A stretch of 64,000 nt of DNA from Pyrodictiaceae archaeon (GCA_027036135.1 JALVSY010000007.1:612880-676879), one strand, 5' to 3'; positions 28,808 to 38,822 are shown, numbered from the stretch's first letter. Numbers and translations are program-made. The notes: generated by a model not told the origin, from the letters alone.

Positions 28808-30013
28808 CTAGTCTTTTACTATTCTACCCCGGACAATCGTCGCTGCTACATCGAGACACTTTTGCAACGAGTAGAGCATATAGGGTGTTAGCGTCGCTTT
28901 CGAGTAATAGTTGAATATTGTTCTGCTATGTGTCTCCCTTGCTACGACTATGCTTGCTCGGTATCCTGGCTCGAGGAGGCCTAGGTCGGTTACCCCTAGC
29001 AGTTTTGCGGGCCGAAGAGATACCAGTTCTAGGTAGTTCTCTATGCTTAGTGCTCCTCGGCTAACTAGGCAGTAGAGAATGCTAGGCCAGTGCTCTAGCC
29101 ATGGTACCCCGGGTGGGCATAGTAGGGGATCCCCTGTTTTCTCCCTCGGTGAGTGGGGTGCGTGGTCGCTTGCTACTAGGCTTATCTCCCTGCCCAGGAG
29201 GAGTTGGAGCATTTGCTGCTTCTCAGCCAGTCCTCTTATTGGGGGGTTTACTCGGTGCAGGCAATCGTTTCCGGGTTCTAGGAATAGGTAGGTCGGGGTA
29301 GTGTCTACGGTGAAGCCATGCCTCCTGGCAGCCCGTATCGTGCCTGGGCATGTTGCATGGGTTATGTGTATGCGTGTGCTCGGAGACAGCTCGGCTAGGT
29401 AGTCTACTGCTGCTATTTCCCAGTGGCAGTCTCGCAGTGCTCTCCTCGTGTCCTCGTTCTCAGCTACTGGTTTCTCTGCCTCTGGTAGCTCGGGGTGAAC
29501 AACTACTAGGTGGTTTGAGGAGAGTATCTTGTCCACGCTCTTTGCTCGCTCCTCGAGGTCTCGCGGATAGATCTTGAACCCGGCCACCCCTGGCACAGAG
29601 ACTAGTCTCTCAGCCTCGTCGGGGCTAGGCGGCACAGCGGCATAGACCATGTAGTCTACTAGGCTCTTTTCCCGGAGCGCTTGGAGCTTCGCCACCAGGG
29701 CTTCAATGCTGTCTAGCCGGGGCACAGTGTTCGGCATATCCGCCACGAGCACTATGCCCCCTGCAGCTGCTGCCCTTGACCCCGTGTACTCGTCCTCCTT
29801 GTAGCCCTGGCCGAGCCCGCGGAGATGGACATGGATGTCGACAAAGCCAGGTAGCACCATGTAGTCCTTGCCGCGTAGGTCTATGACCTTCTCAGCCCCT
29901 GGTGGCTCCTCACGGAACCCCTCTATGCGCTCCCCCTTGATGACGAGGCATTGCTCGCCTAGCCTGCCGCGTGGATCAACTAGCTCTGCGCAAATGACTA
30001 GTCTACTGGGCAT
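28808..30013 (-). CDS. pyrC: Dihydroorotase
   Basis: PGFVDIHVHLR, DMPNT, NPP.R and SDHAPH motifs. Lies in the pyr operon. Confidence 0.9.
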   Translation of the reverse strand: MPSRLVICAELVDPRGRLGEQCLVIKGERIEGFREEPPGAEKVIDLRGKDYMVLPGFVDIHVHLRGLGQGYKEDEYTGSRAAAAGGIVLVADMPNTVPRLDSIEALVAKLQALREKSLVDYMVYAAVPPSPDEAERLVSVPGVAGFKIYPRDLEERAKSVDKILSSNHLVVVHPELPEAEKPVAENEDTRRALRDCHWEIAAVDYLAELSPSTRIHITHATCPGTIRAARRHGFTVDTTPTYLFLEPGNDCLHRVNPPIRGLAEKQQMLQLLLGREISLVASDHAPHSPREKTGDPLLCPPGVPWLEHWPSILYCLVSRGALSIENYLELVSLRPAKLLGVTDLGLLEPGYRASIVVARETHSRTIFNYYSKATLTPYMLYSLQKCLDVAATIVRGRIVKD

Positions 30014-30813
30014 CCCTTCTCAACCCATCTAGTGAGACTAGGCGCTGCCAGGTATGCCCCGTCCCTGCATAGGAGTAGCTCTGTGCCAGGGATGTTGCAT
30101 TTGCCGCAGAACCCCATACCGCACCTAATAATCCTCTCCGGGGCCAAGAACAGCTTATCCAGCACGCCGAGTCTCTGCGCCCACTTGTATAGAGCGCATA
30201 GCATCGGGTTAGGCCCAGCAGCATAGATGGAGGCGAAGCCGCTGACTCCTAGCCCGTCTAGCGCGTCGAGGACGGTTCCCTTCAAACCCTTGCTCCCATC
30301 CTCGGTCGCGTAGATGATTCTCGAGCCGCCAGCGTAGCTCTCTATGGGTGCTAGCTCCGCTGCGCTCCGCGCCCCATAGATGAGCAGCGTCTCTGAACCC
30401 TCCAGGGATGCTTGCCGCGCAACGGGGAGGGCGGATGCCACGCCGACACCGCCAGCAATGACGGCTATCCTCTCGCCTCGTGGCTCCGCTGGTCTACCCT
30501 GGGGGCCTATGGCTCCCGCGAACCGCGGCGGCTCCTTGACGATGCTCCGTGTTGTCTCGCCTCGCTCCTTCACGAGGAAAACCATTGTCTCCTCGTCGCT
30601 GTAGAGCGGCGATAAGGGGATGGCTTCTAGCCCGGGGACCCAGAAGAGAATGAACTGCCCAGGCCTAACCAGGGGAAATCCTTCACTCAGCACTCTGTAC
30701 TTGACCATTACTAGGCCGGGGCCGCGCCACTCCACTCTCTCTAGGCGTAGGCTAGCATAGCTATACCTCTGGGCGGCTGTGCAAAAAGCCGCTCCACTAG
30801 CGGTATTACCCAT
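29998..30813 (-). CDS. pyrK: Dihydroorotate dehydrogenase electron transfer subunit
   Basis: PGQF, GP.G, AGGVG and CG.G.CG.C...C..G motifs. Confidence 0.85.
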   Translation of the reverse strand: MGNTASGAAFCTAAQRYSYASLRLERVEWRGPGLVMVKYRVLSEGFPLVRPGQFILFWVPGLEAIPLSPLYSDEETMVFLVKERGETTRSIVKEPPRFAGAIGPQGRPAEPRGERIAVIAGGVGVASALPVARQASLEGSETLLIYGARSAAELAPIESYAGGSRIIYATEDGSKGLKGTVLDALDGLGVSGFASIYAAGPNPMLCALYKWAQRLGVLDKLFLAPERIIRCGMGFCGKCNIPGTELLLCRDGAYLAAPSLTRWVEKGCPVD

Positions 30814-30819
30814 GGCGTG

Positions 30820-31296
30820 CTACCCGCCTATTAGCTGCTCCACTATATCCTCGGCTGTCAGGATAGTGCCACAGTACACACATTGTAAGCGGAGCGGATT
30901 CTTGCTGAGAACCCTGAACCTCGGCTTAATGGGCTCCCTCGGCTTCCTAGTTATGCAGGTCGGGTTGGGGCAGCGCAGAATGTTCTCAATAACGCTTGGT
31001 AACTCTACGCGCTTCTTCTCCACGACATCGTAGTCCTTCACAATGTTTATCGTCGCCGTCGGCGCTATCAGCGCTATCTTGTTCACCTCCTCTGGGCGCA
31101 GGTGGCGATTCTCTATCTTCACGATATCCTTCTTGCCGAGCTTGCGGCTCTCAACATTCATGACAACAGCTACCCTCAAGCCCTCCTCGCCGCTAATACC
31201 CAGTATCTTCAGCACGGCCAATGCGCGGCCAGCAGGTATGTGATCTATCACGGTTCCCTCGCGTATCTTCCTCACGAGAAGAGACTCAGAGCCCAG
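30820..31296 (-). CDS. pyrI: Aspartate carbamoyltransferase regulatory subunit
   Basis: [20 protein letters not shown] and C.YC motifs. Start probably CTG at 31296, 6 nt after GGTGA ([11 protein letters not shown]). Confidence 0.95.
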   Translation of the reverse strand: MGSESLLVRKIREGTVIDHIPAGRALAVLKILGISGEEGLRVAVVMNVESRKLGKKDIVKIENRHLRPEEVNKIALIAPTATINIVKDYDVVEKKRVELPSVIENILRCPNPTCITRKPREPIKPRFRVLSKNPLRLQCVYCGTILTAEDIVEQLIGG

Positions 31297-31302
31297 GACT
31301 GC

Positions 31303-32262
31303 TCACCTCCAAGCCCCGAAGATAAGGGCTAATAGCGCCATTCGAACAGGCACGCCGTTACGTGCCTGGAGGAAATACGCCGCGTAACGCGTATCGTCCA
31401 CGTCGAAGCTTATCTCATCCACGCGCGGCAGGGGGTGCATGACCTTTAGCTCCGGCTTAGCTCTCTCCTCTAAGAGGCGGCGTGTTACCCGGTAGCTCCC
31501 CTTTACTTTCTCGTACTCGCTTGGGTCGGGAAACCTCTCCCTCTGTATACGGGTAACATAGAGCACGTCGAGCTCGCCGAGGACTTCTTCGAGGCTCTCG
31601 GTCTCCTCGTAGCTTATCCCAGCCTCCCTGAGCTTCTCCAATACCTCGTCACGGGCTCGGAGAAGCGGCGGCGAGACAAGGTACACCCTCCTTGGCTTGA
31701 AGAGCGTCAGTGCCAGTATGAAGCTTGAGGCCGCACGCCCGTATCGGAGGTCTCCTAGAACGCCGTAAACAAGGCCATCAATGGCCCCAAATAGCTCCTT
31801 TACCGTGAAGAGGTCTAGCATCGCCTGTGTAGGGTGATGCTGCTTCCCATCACCAGCGTTTATCACAGGATGCTCTGCTACCTCGGCTGCGTAGAGTGCC
31901 GCTCCCTCGTACCGGTGCCTAATGACTATGGCGTCTGCGTAGCCGTCAAGCATCCGGATAGTATCTGCAAGGTTCTCTCCCTTAGCAACACTGATAGCCT
32001 CTTCTCCGGTGAACCCTATCGTCTCTGCTCCGAGGCGCTTAGCAGCGGTCTCAAAGCTGAGACGCGTCCTCGTAGAGGGCTCAAAGAAGGCTAGGGCAAT
32101 GACCTTGCCGCCTAGGAGCCGTGGCACGCTGCCCTCGCGTAGCCGCCTCTTCATCCATGTAGCTGCATCGAACAAGTACTCTAGCTCGCTCCGAGAGAAA
32201 TCAAGGATGCTTACAACGTCTCGGCTAAGCCAAGAGATGGAATCGGGCTTAGTCTCGCTCAA
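31303..32262 (-). CDS. pyrB: Aspartate carbamoyltransferase catalytic subunit
   Basis: [18 protein letters not shown] and HPLPR motifs. Confidence 0.97.
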   Translation of the reverse strand: MSETKPDSISWLSRDVVSILDFSRSELEYLFDAATWMKRRLREGSVPRLLGGKVIALAFFEPSTRTRLSFETAAKRLGAETIGFTGEEAISVAKGENLADTIRMLDGYADAIVIRHRYEGAALYAAEVAEHPVINAGDGKQHHPTQAMLDLFTVKELFGAIDGLVYGVLGDLRYGRAASSFILALTLFKPRRVYLVSPPLLRARDEVLEKLREAGISYEETESLEEVLGELDVLYVTRIQRERFPDPSEYEKVKGSYRVTRRLLEERAKPELKVMHPLPRVDEISFDVDDTRYAAYFLQARNGVPVRMALLALIFGAWR

Positions 32263-32272
32263 TAAGCCCTTG

Positions 32273-32893
32273 CTAAGACTTAGCCCCGTACAGCTCGCTT
32301 ATAACCCTTAGGGCCTCATCCCTGGAAACTATACCCTCCTCCGCCGCGCCCAGCAATAGCTCCTTCAGAGTAGTTACTCGGAGCAACCTGGCGCCGAGAC
32401 CTGCCAGTCTCTCCCCTGCCCCCTGCTCGCGATCAACAACTACTAGCGCATAGCAAGGCCTCGCACCAATCCCTCGGAGAGCCTCCACAGCCCTAGCCAA
32501 GCTACCACCAGTAGTAGCGACATCATCCACTACCAGGGTGCAGCCACGTATATCGCCCTCAACTAGGCGCCCAGTACCATGACCCTTTCTCTCCGGCCTA
32601 ACATAGCCCAGCGGGAGCCCAAGCAGGTACGCAACACCAGTAGCCCACGGAACACCACCAGTAGCGACACCCACAACCGCCTCGGCATCACCCGCCTCCG
32701 TGACAGCGACACTGGCTAGCAGCGACAAGATGGTGCGGAACACCTTTGGGTAACTAGGCACGATGCGTAGATCAACATAGACTGGGCTACGAGCACCACT
32801 ACTAAGCACAAACTCCCCGAAGCGAAGAGCACCAATACCCGACAAGAGCCTCGCGAGCAAACGAGCACCGCGCCCAATGCTCTCCCTACTCAT
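32273..32893 (-). CDS. pyrE: Orotate phosphoribosyltransferase
   Basis: [21 protein letters not shown] and [11 protein letters not shown] motifs. Confidence 0.95.
   Translation of the reverse strand: MSRESIGRGARLLARLLSGIGALRFGEFVLSSGARSPVYVDLRIVPSYPKVFRTILSLLASVAVTEAGDAEAVVGVATGGVPWATGVAYLLGLPLGYVRPERKGHGTGRLVEGDIRGCTLVVDDVATTGGSLARAVEALRGIGARPCYALVVVDREQGAGERLAGLGARLLRVTTLKELLLGAAEEGIVSRDEALRVISELYGAKS
32717..32837. repeat. 121-bp direct repeat, copy 1 (inside pyrE)
   Basis: Identical to 34199-34319 by direct comparison. Confidence 0.95.
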
Positions 32894-32996
32894 AGCCTTA
32901 CGCGCCTCCTAGGACTCCGAGCCAGGAACCCAGCAGCAACACAGCATTATAGACCTATAAACGATAAGAGCACCTGCCAAATCCTGAAGCACACTA

Positions 32997-34116
32997 CTAG
33001 ATAGGTTGTTGCCCCGGGGACTGGCTCCTGCAAGGCGATATCTCCTTAGCAGCTTCTATAACTGCTTCTATGCCTAGGCCTAAGAGGGACTCTGCGTGTC
33101 TCCTGCTAGCCTCCTCTATTACTGCGCGGTAGAGGGGTAGCTGCGGCCTATACTCTATGCCGTCTCCTCGTAGAACGGGGTATGCTATGTTATGCTCTAC
33201 TAGCTTTTCTCCTAGCTCGGCTAGGATAGGGTCTCTTAGGGGCTGCACGGGCTCGGTTAGGGTTCTCCGGGCCAGCTCTATTACCTCGTTGCGGCCTAGT
33301 CCAAGACTCCTGGCTATTCTAGCTAATGCCTGCTCAAGCTCTGCTACGAGGCCCGCTATGTACCTCTGCTTTAGAGCAGGGTCGCCTAGGTAGCTACAAG
33401 CCTCCGGTACATAGCCGGGAGCAGGTACCAATCACCGCTACTAGCTCCGCCCTATCTAGGTCGCGACAGCCAGGGTTCTTCTCAGCATACTCGTCTAGGA
33501 GAACCATGTAGTGGCTGCAATCGAGTCCCTCGAGGAGCATGTATGCTGCTCCATAGCCACGTAGCCGGCTAATAGCCCTACTCGTGGCAAAGAACCCCTC
33601 ACTAATAGTTAGCACTACGCGTATTCCCCTAATCTCTCCCTTAACCAGCATAGCCGACAAGGACTCTAGGTCTCTCAGGGCCTCAGAGGCCTCTCGGTAA
33701 CCAGGTAACAAGTGGAACTCGTCAAGCACGAGATAGAGTACGCCTCCGCTGAGAGACCTAGCAACCGAGGCAACAGCCTCTCGCAATGCCTCAACTAGTC
33801 TAAGCAGGGCCCCGAGACCAGGCTCGGTCTCCATAAAAATGCTTGCAAGTCTCGCATCAATGCCCCGGCCCAGAGCTCTCTCAGCAACACTGCTAACAAG
33901 TACGTGCTGCTCCCTAGCATAGATATAAAGGCTCGATACCCCCTTCTTGCTGATCCAGTACCGGGTGAGCTCGCTCTTACCGACACCCCGGGCCCCATAG
34001 ACTATGACTGTGCTGAAGCGCGAAGCAAGCTTATCCAGTTCACCAAGCTCTCTTACCCGGTCATAGAACGCTACTCCCAGGCTGGTACGGTACTCGCGGT
34101 CAACATAGAGGCTCAG
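32997..34116 (-). pseudogene. Archaeal ATPase (ATP-binding protein), frameshifted
   Basis: Manual extension gives FYDRVREL...YGARGVGKS (Walker A) and LVLDEFH (Walker B). CTG start after GGAGG. Single-base frameshift near 33425 (IGT/APGY). Confidence 0.8.
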
Positions 34117-34198
34117 ACGTCATCCCTCCCTCTCTGTAAGGGTAAGGAAGTCGATAATAAAGTAACATAGCTAAGAGAATAGCGGAATAGGCTCCTCT

Positions 34199-34319
34199 TA
34201 GCAGCGACAAGATGGTGCGGAACACCTTTGGGTAACTAGGCACGATGCGTAGATCAACATAGACTGGGCTACGAGCACCACTACTAAGCACAAACTCCCC
34301 GAAGCGAAGAGCACCAATA
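34199..34319. repeat. 121-bp direct repeat, copy 2 (orphan pyrE fragment)
   Basis: Identical to 32717-32837. Encodes IGALRFGEF...ILSLL out of context. Confidence 0.95.
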
Positions 34320-34520
34320 TTGATAGAAGCTTGCAGGTATACGTGAAGCGGGCCCTGGATTCTCTGAATCAACAACCTATTATATTAAGGACGAGTTAGA
34401 CTTATGAGAGGGCATCTATATGTTTATGTGGTATCTATAGTGTTCCTTAGCAATATTATCTTGATATTATTTACTGGTAAATTAATGATAGAACTTAATT
34501 ATTCAATTAATAAAAAATAT

Positions 34521-34751
34521 TTATTTTTTAATTATTAATATTACTTTCCCATTTTCCTCTCTTATTGCTATCTCTCCTACATTCAGCGTCTTTAACTCGT
34601 TTGCAGCCTCTTCTAACTCCTTCTTATCGTTATGTATTACCATCAGCTCCTTAAGATCTGGGTTGCTCTCTATCTCGTCTAGAATATAGACAAGGATATC
34701 CCCACATAATCCGCTCGTTTTTGTGAAATCAAGTACTTTTTTCTCGTTCAT
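34521..34751 (-). CDS. TusA/SirA-like sulfur carrier
   Basis: About 76 aa. VLDFTKTSGLCG resembles the LDxxGxxCP motif, and the C-terminus is ILIIKK. Confidence 0.6.
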   Translation of the reverse strand: MNEKKVLDFTKTSGLCGDILVYILDEIESNPDLKELMVIHNDKKELEEAANELKTLNVGEIAIREENGKVILIIKK

Positions 34752-34901
34752 CACGTTTTCGCCTAGTATTTTAAATTTTTCACGAAGAGGTAGATAATTC
34801 TTCTTTCATTTAATATCGTTACTATTTTGTATGTTTAATTTAAGGTTAAATAATATATTAAGGTTTTTCTGCCAGGTCTGGTTTCAATCCATAAACTGGG
34901 C

Positions 34902-36122
34902 TTGATAAGTACTATGATTACGCGCATCGAAATACAGCGTGAAAAACTAAGAAACACTATAGACATTATGCTAAGGAATGCATTAAGAGCCTTTTTTAGT
35001 GTCTGTATGAATTGTGGTTTTTGCAACAATGTGTGCCCAGTATATAGAGCCACTAAAAACCCTAAGTATACGCCGCTTAGGAGAGTAATAACAGCTAAGA
35101 AGCTTCTCGAGGGGCAGATAGATAAGGAGGCTGCCTCCGATGTCTTATTCTCCTGTCTTCTATGTGGGGCTTGTAGCTCTGCATGTCCTTTCGGCCTCGA
35201 TATTTATAGAATCATATATTTGGCGCGATGTAAACTCGCTCTCGAGGGTTATGGTCCTAGTAATTTTGCCAAGATGGCCGAGGGAGCCGCTAAGACATTG
35301 CATAGTTTCGGTGTACCAGTTGAACAAGCTCTCCGGGAAATAAGGAGCGACGAGCTAGAGGGGTTTATTGATAGAAAGGACTGCGATGTACTATACGTAC
35401 CGAGTCCCGTTGAGACCGCTTTTATGCCGCGTCATGTATATGAGACGGCTAGTATATTGAAGCTGCTTGGAATAAATTGGACCATATCACGGAGAGTAAT
35501 TGATTGTGGGGGAAACATCGGTGTTGATGCATCGAGACCAGATGTTGGGCTCAAGATACTGCTTAACCTTTTGAATGTAGCTGAGGAGCTAGGCGTTGAT
35601 AAAGTTGCCCTAGGTGCTTGTGGCGCAGATTATAAGTGGATTTCACTGTCCCGTGAGATTATAGATGAGCTTGGTATAGATACTCCTCGCATAACCTTTA
35701 CGAGCATTTATGAACTGATAGCTAAGCGATTAAAAACTAATAAATTACTGAAGAAGAAAGATGAAGTCGTTCTTCATGATCCTTGCAGCATGACGCGGTA
35801 CATCAGAGTCGATAGAAGCTATAAATCAATAATACCCTATGCTAAGAAGCCGAGGTTCTCGGGAGCTTGTACTCTTTGTTGCGGTGGTGGAGGAGGGTTA
35901 TCGCTTCGTAAGGACTCATTCGCTCGTAATCTGCTTCTAAGCATCGCATCTAAGAGGGTTGAGCAACTAGGATCAGTGAGCAGTAACATAGTTACTCCTT
36001 GTATAAAATGTTATATTTCTTTCAGAACCGCTGTGCTTCGTAAAAGGCTTGTTTCAAAGATTAGAATAGAAGGTCTCTCAAGCTATATTGTTAAGAAACT
36101 AAAGGAGGAGGATACTTATTGA
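34902..36122 (+). CDS. HdrD/GlpC-like Fe-S oxidoreductase (2x[4Fe-4S] plus CCG domains)
   Basis: CMNCGFCNNVCP, CLLCGACSSACP and HDPC...CCGGGGG...CIKC motifs. Confidence 0.9.
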   Translation: MISTMITRIEIQREKLRNTIDIMLRNALRAFFSVCMNCGFCNNVCPVYRATKNPKYTPLRRVITAKKLLEGQIDKEAASDVLFSCLLCGACSSACPFGLDIYRIIYLARCKLALEGYGPSNFAKMAEGAAKTLHSFGVPVEQALREIRSDELEGFIDRKDCDVLYVPSPVETAFMPRHVYETASILKLLGINWTISRRVIDCGGNIGVDASRPDVGLKILLNLLNVAEELGVDKVALGACGADYKWISLSREIIDELGIDTPRITFTSIYELIAKRLKTNKLLKKKDEVVLHDPCSMTRYIRVDRSYKSIIPYAKKPRFSGACTLCCGGGGGLSLRKDSFARNLLLSIASKRVEQLGSVSSNIVTPCIKCYISFRTAVLRKRLVSKIRIEGLSSYIVKKLKEEDTY

Positions 36123-36637
36123 AGCAGGAGGAAGAGAAAGAAATAAAGGAACTCATTGAGAAAATCTATAAAAAGATGCTAAAAGAGGGCATAGACGCCC
36201 GAGACAAAAAGAGGTTCAAGAAACGCATCGGGACAACCGATGAGCACGGCATATACGTGTATAGACCCGAGAAGGGCTGGCAGCTTCTCCGCATAGAAGG
36301 CGAAGCCTTTAGGCTAGGCGAACTAGGCAACGGCGTCTACGTATTGTATTTCGACAACACTAAGTGCCCTGCTTGCAGGATACATGATATAGCATGGTAC
36401 CCGTTTGTAGAGAAACACGAAAGAGAAGCCCACTTTGTAGTAATCCTCTGTGAGTGGTTTTCACGACATTGCCGCTCCAGCGCAGCAGCAAAGTCATTTA
36501 TAAGCTATCGTATCAGAGCATCACCTACAACAATATTCGCCTACGTAGAGGAGAACATCATTGTCAAGCAAGTGAAGAGGGAAGGAGCACTTACTGTATC
36601 TGAGCTTGAAGCTCTACTTGAATCCATGAAGAAGTAA
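36119..36637 (+). CDS. Thioredoxin-fold protein
   Basis: YFDNTKCPACR CxxC and cis-Pro ASPT. Overlaps the upstream stop. Confidence 0.8.
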   Translation: MKQEEEKEIKELIEKIYKKMLKEGIDARDKKRFKKRIGTTDEHGIYVYRPEKGWQLLRIEGEAFRLGELGNGVYVLYFDNTKCPACRIHDIAWYPFVEKHEREAHFVVILCEWFSRHCRSSAAAKSFISYRIRASPTTIFAYVEENIIVKQVKREGALTVSELEALLESMKK

Positions 36638-36651
36638 TCCTGGGTGAGCCT

Positions 36652-37305
36652 ATGTACGTATCTCTTAGCTTTGTGCGACTAATAATGTTTATTTTGGGAA
36701 CCATTGCCGTCATAGTCAATACAATACGTTACATATATAGATACAAAGCATGCGGAATCAAAGGAAAAGCTCAATTGTCATATACATTTAGACGCGTAAT
36801 TGAATCTATTATTCACAATTCCTTATATGAGGAAAACAAGCTGTATCTCTATATATTGATAGCGTTCCACGTAGCAGTAATTAGTCTTGCTTTATCGCAT
36901 ATAGGTCTCTATATAAGGTCTCTACACGAGACAGCTATACAATCAGTAACGTCATCTGCTCCTGAAAAATACGTCGAGCTTAGCTTATCAATAGCTATGG
37001 GTGGCTTAGGGCTCCTACTCCTTGCATTAAGACTAAGGAGGATACAAAAAGGAATAGCGTTAAACAACATACAGGTCATTGTATTGCATCTAATTGTGCA
37101 GGCTATAGCGTGGACATGGGCTGCCTATTATATGACATACAACTCTATAGCTCTATGGATGGCTATTCTAGCTATAGAGGTGTTTCACGTGTATATGTTC
37201 ACGTGGGCAGGGTTCCATGGAGTAATGTACATCTTGAGACTCTACTATTCTGCTAAGACATTACGGCAGCCACAAGTAATAGAGCTCGGCAACGAGATAA
37301 GGTAG
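36652..37305 (+). CDS. NarI/HdrE/DsrM-like di-haem cytochrome b membrane anchor
   Basis: 5 TM segments with two His pairs (FHVAVISLALSH and FHVYMFTWAGFH). Confidence 0.65.
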   Translation: MYVSLSFVRLIMFILGTIAVIVNTIRYIYRYKACGIKGKAQLSYTFRRVIESIIHNSLYEENKLYLYILIAFHVAVISLALSHIGLYIRSLHETAIQSVTSSAPEKYVELSLSIAMGGLGLLLLALRLRRIQKGIALNNIQVIVLHLIVQAIAWTWAAYYMTYNSIALWMAILAIEVFHVYMFTWAGFHGVMYILRLYYSAKTLRQPQVIELGNEIR

Positions 37306-37350
37306 TTTAACATTTATTGCAGATATCTTTTACCCTCTTACCTTATTCAT

Positions 37351-38094
37351 TTAGATTGCACAGAAAAGCCCTATCAACGCTATTGAGGCCTCTACTAGCA
37401 GGGTGCCTAGTCCCGAGAACGGTATCATCAAGGGAACTAGGGGGTTGTCTGAGCCAAGCCCGTAGAGGAGCACCGGGTCTATCATCCCTATGAGGCCTAT
37501 TACCAGGCCCATTACTAGCAGGTCCGCCTTATCCGCCCTAGAGCCCAGGAGGACGCTATAGGTAGCCATGTATGGATATGCTAGCAGGAGCACTACTAAG
37601 CCGAGGATCGTTAGCAGTATCCCGGCTAGGGCCATTTGGCCTCCCCGTGTCCTTATCTCCACGCTGCCCCGTGGCCCACTACCAGCCAGTTCCTCGAGCC
37701 CGTCGAGAAGCTTTGCGGTGCCGAAGCCGAGCAAGAATTTGTCCCCATTAATAGTCTCTACAAGTAGGAGATCCCGGAGCTTATCCGCGTAGACCCTTAC
37801 CGAGCCAATCTCCCTAAACCTGTAGTCGCCGGTTCGTAGCCCGGGCAATGTTATGCCGACGAGCCTGAAGCCTTTGCCAGGATCCTCTATCCTCTTCACG
37901 GACTTTATGGAGCCAATGGGTATTCTTAGCTCGCCACACCACCCAAACGATACAACTAGGTAGCCATCGGGGCTCAACGAGACCCCTGGCCTGCATGGGC
38001 CGCGAACAGCATAGAATACGGCAAAGAGGCCGATAGCTAGGCTAAGCAGCCCCGCTACGAAGAGCCCGGAGAAGAGCCAGCAAAGCAGCGGCAT
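37351..38094 (-). CDS. Bacterial PH-domain (bPH_5-like) membrane protein
   Basis: RIP...I..V...FRL.G..LPG...G.Y flanked by TM segments. Confidence 0.7.
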   Translation of the reverse strand: MPLLCWLFSGLFVAGLLSLAIGLFAVFYAVRGPCRPGVSLSPDGYLVVSFGWCGELRIPIGSIKSVKRIEDPGKGFRLVGITLPGLRTGDYRFREIGSVRVYADKLRDLLLVETINGDKFLLGFGTAKLLDGLEELAGSGPRGSVEIRTRGGQMALAGILLTILGLVVLLLAYPYMATYSVLLGSRADKADLLVMGLVIGLIGMIDPVLLYGLGSDNPLVPLMIPFSGLGTLLVEASIALIGLFCAI

Positions 38095-38251
38095 GGCTGC
38101 ATATTTCCTCGCAGAGTGTTACAGAGCCCTCTATACAGGTGGGCCGCTGTCCACGGGTAGCTGTTTGCACGCTTTTTATGTTCTTGGCTGCTCTGTTCCC
38201 GGTACAAGGTTATTGCTGCTCCGTACCCATCTATTAACCGGTTGGTCAGCC

Positions 38252-38701
38252 ATGGCCTCGGGGAAGAAGTACACACTCCTCCCAAGCTGCAGCAAGTACG
38301 CACCCAACCTCATAATAGTAGCAGCATGCGACGGCGCATCAAGCACCGGCCAAATAGGCAACGAGGTAGCAAGAATACTGACAAAGCGCTACCCCCGCCT
38401 CGTACGAATGTGCTGCCTAGCAGCAGTAGCAGCAGGGTCACAACTACACATCAAGATATTCAGGGACGCCCGTGCAGTCATAGCGATAAACGGCTGCCCA
38501 CTCCAATGCGCCTCAAAAGTACTAAGAAGCAGGGGAATAGAGCCTACATACGAGGTAACCATAACCGAGCTAGGTGTGCCAAAAGCCTCTACACTAGACT
38601 TCGACGAGGAAACAGCCCACGCTATAGCGGAGCGAATAGCAGAAGAATTCATAGAGAAGTTTAACGAGAACAACCAAGAGCCTCAGAGCGGTAACCAATA
38701 A
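38252..38701 (+). CDS. DGC-domain putative zinc-binding protein
   Basis: ACDGASS.GQ, MCCL and INGC...CA motifs. Confidence 0.85.
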   Translation: MASGKKYTLLPSCSKYAPNLIIVAACDGASSTGQIGNEVARILTKRYPRLVRMCCLAAVAAGSQLHIKIFRDARAVIAINGCPLQCASKVLRSRGIEPTYEVTITELGVPKASTLDFDEETAHAIAERIAEEFIEKFNENNQEPQSGNQ

Positions 38702-38738
38702 TTAAAATAAGATGAGAAGCAGTGAACAAGAAGGTACT

Positions 38739-38822
38739 GGGTGGATGAGGTAGTAGGGACGTGCCGATAAGCGCCCTCTTCTCCCCAGGGCCGTGAGGAC
38801 AGGTGGAGCGACCCTGACACCC
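38739..38822 (+). ncRNA. Box C/D guide sRNA candidate
   Basis: Terminal stem GGGTG/CACCC. Box C TGGATGA 38742-48, D' CCGA 38764-67, C' GTGAGGA 38793-99, D CTGA 38814-17, followed by a pyrimidine tract. Confidence 0.7.

Noticed and set aside
34100-34375. 91-aa ORF with PyrE similarity as a second pyrE
   Set aside because: Only 40 codons match, from the 121-bp duplication, and the flanks are unrelated.
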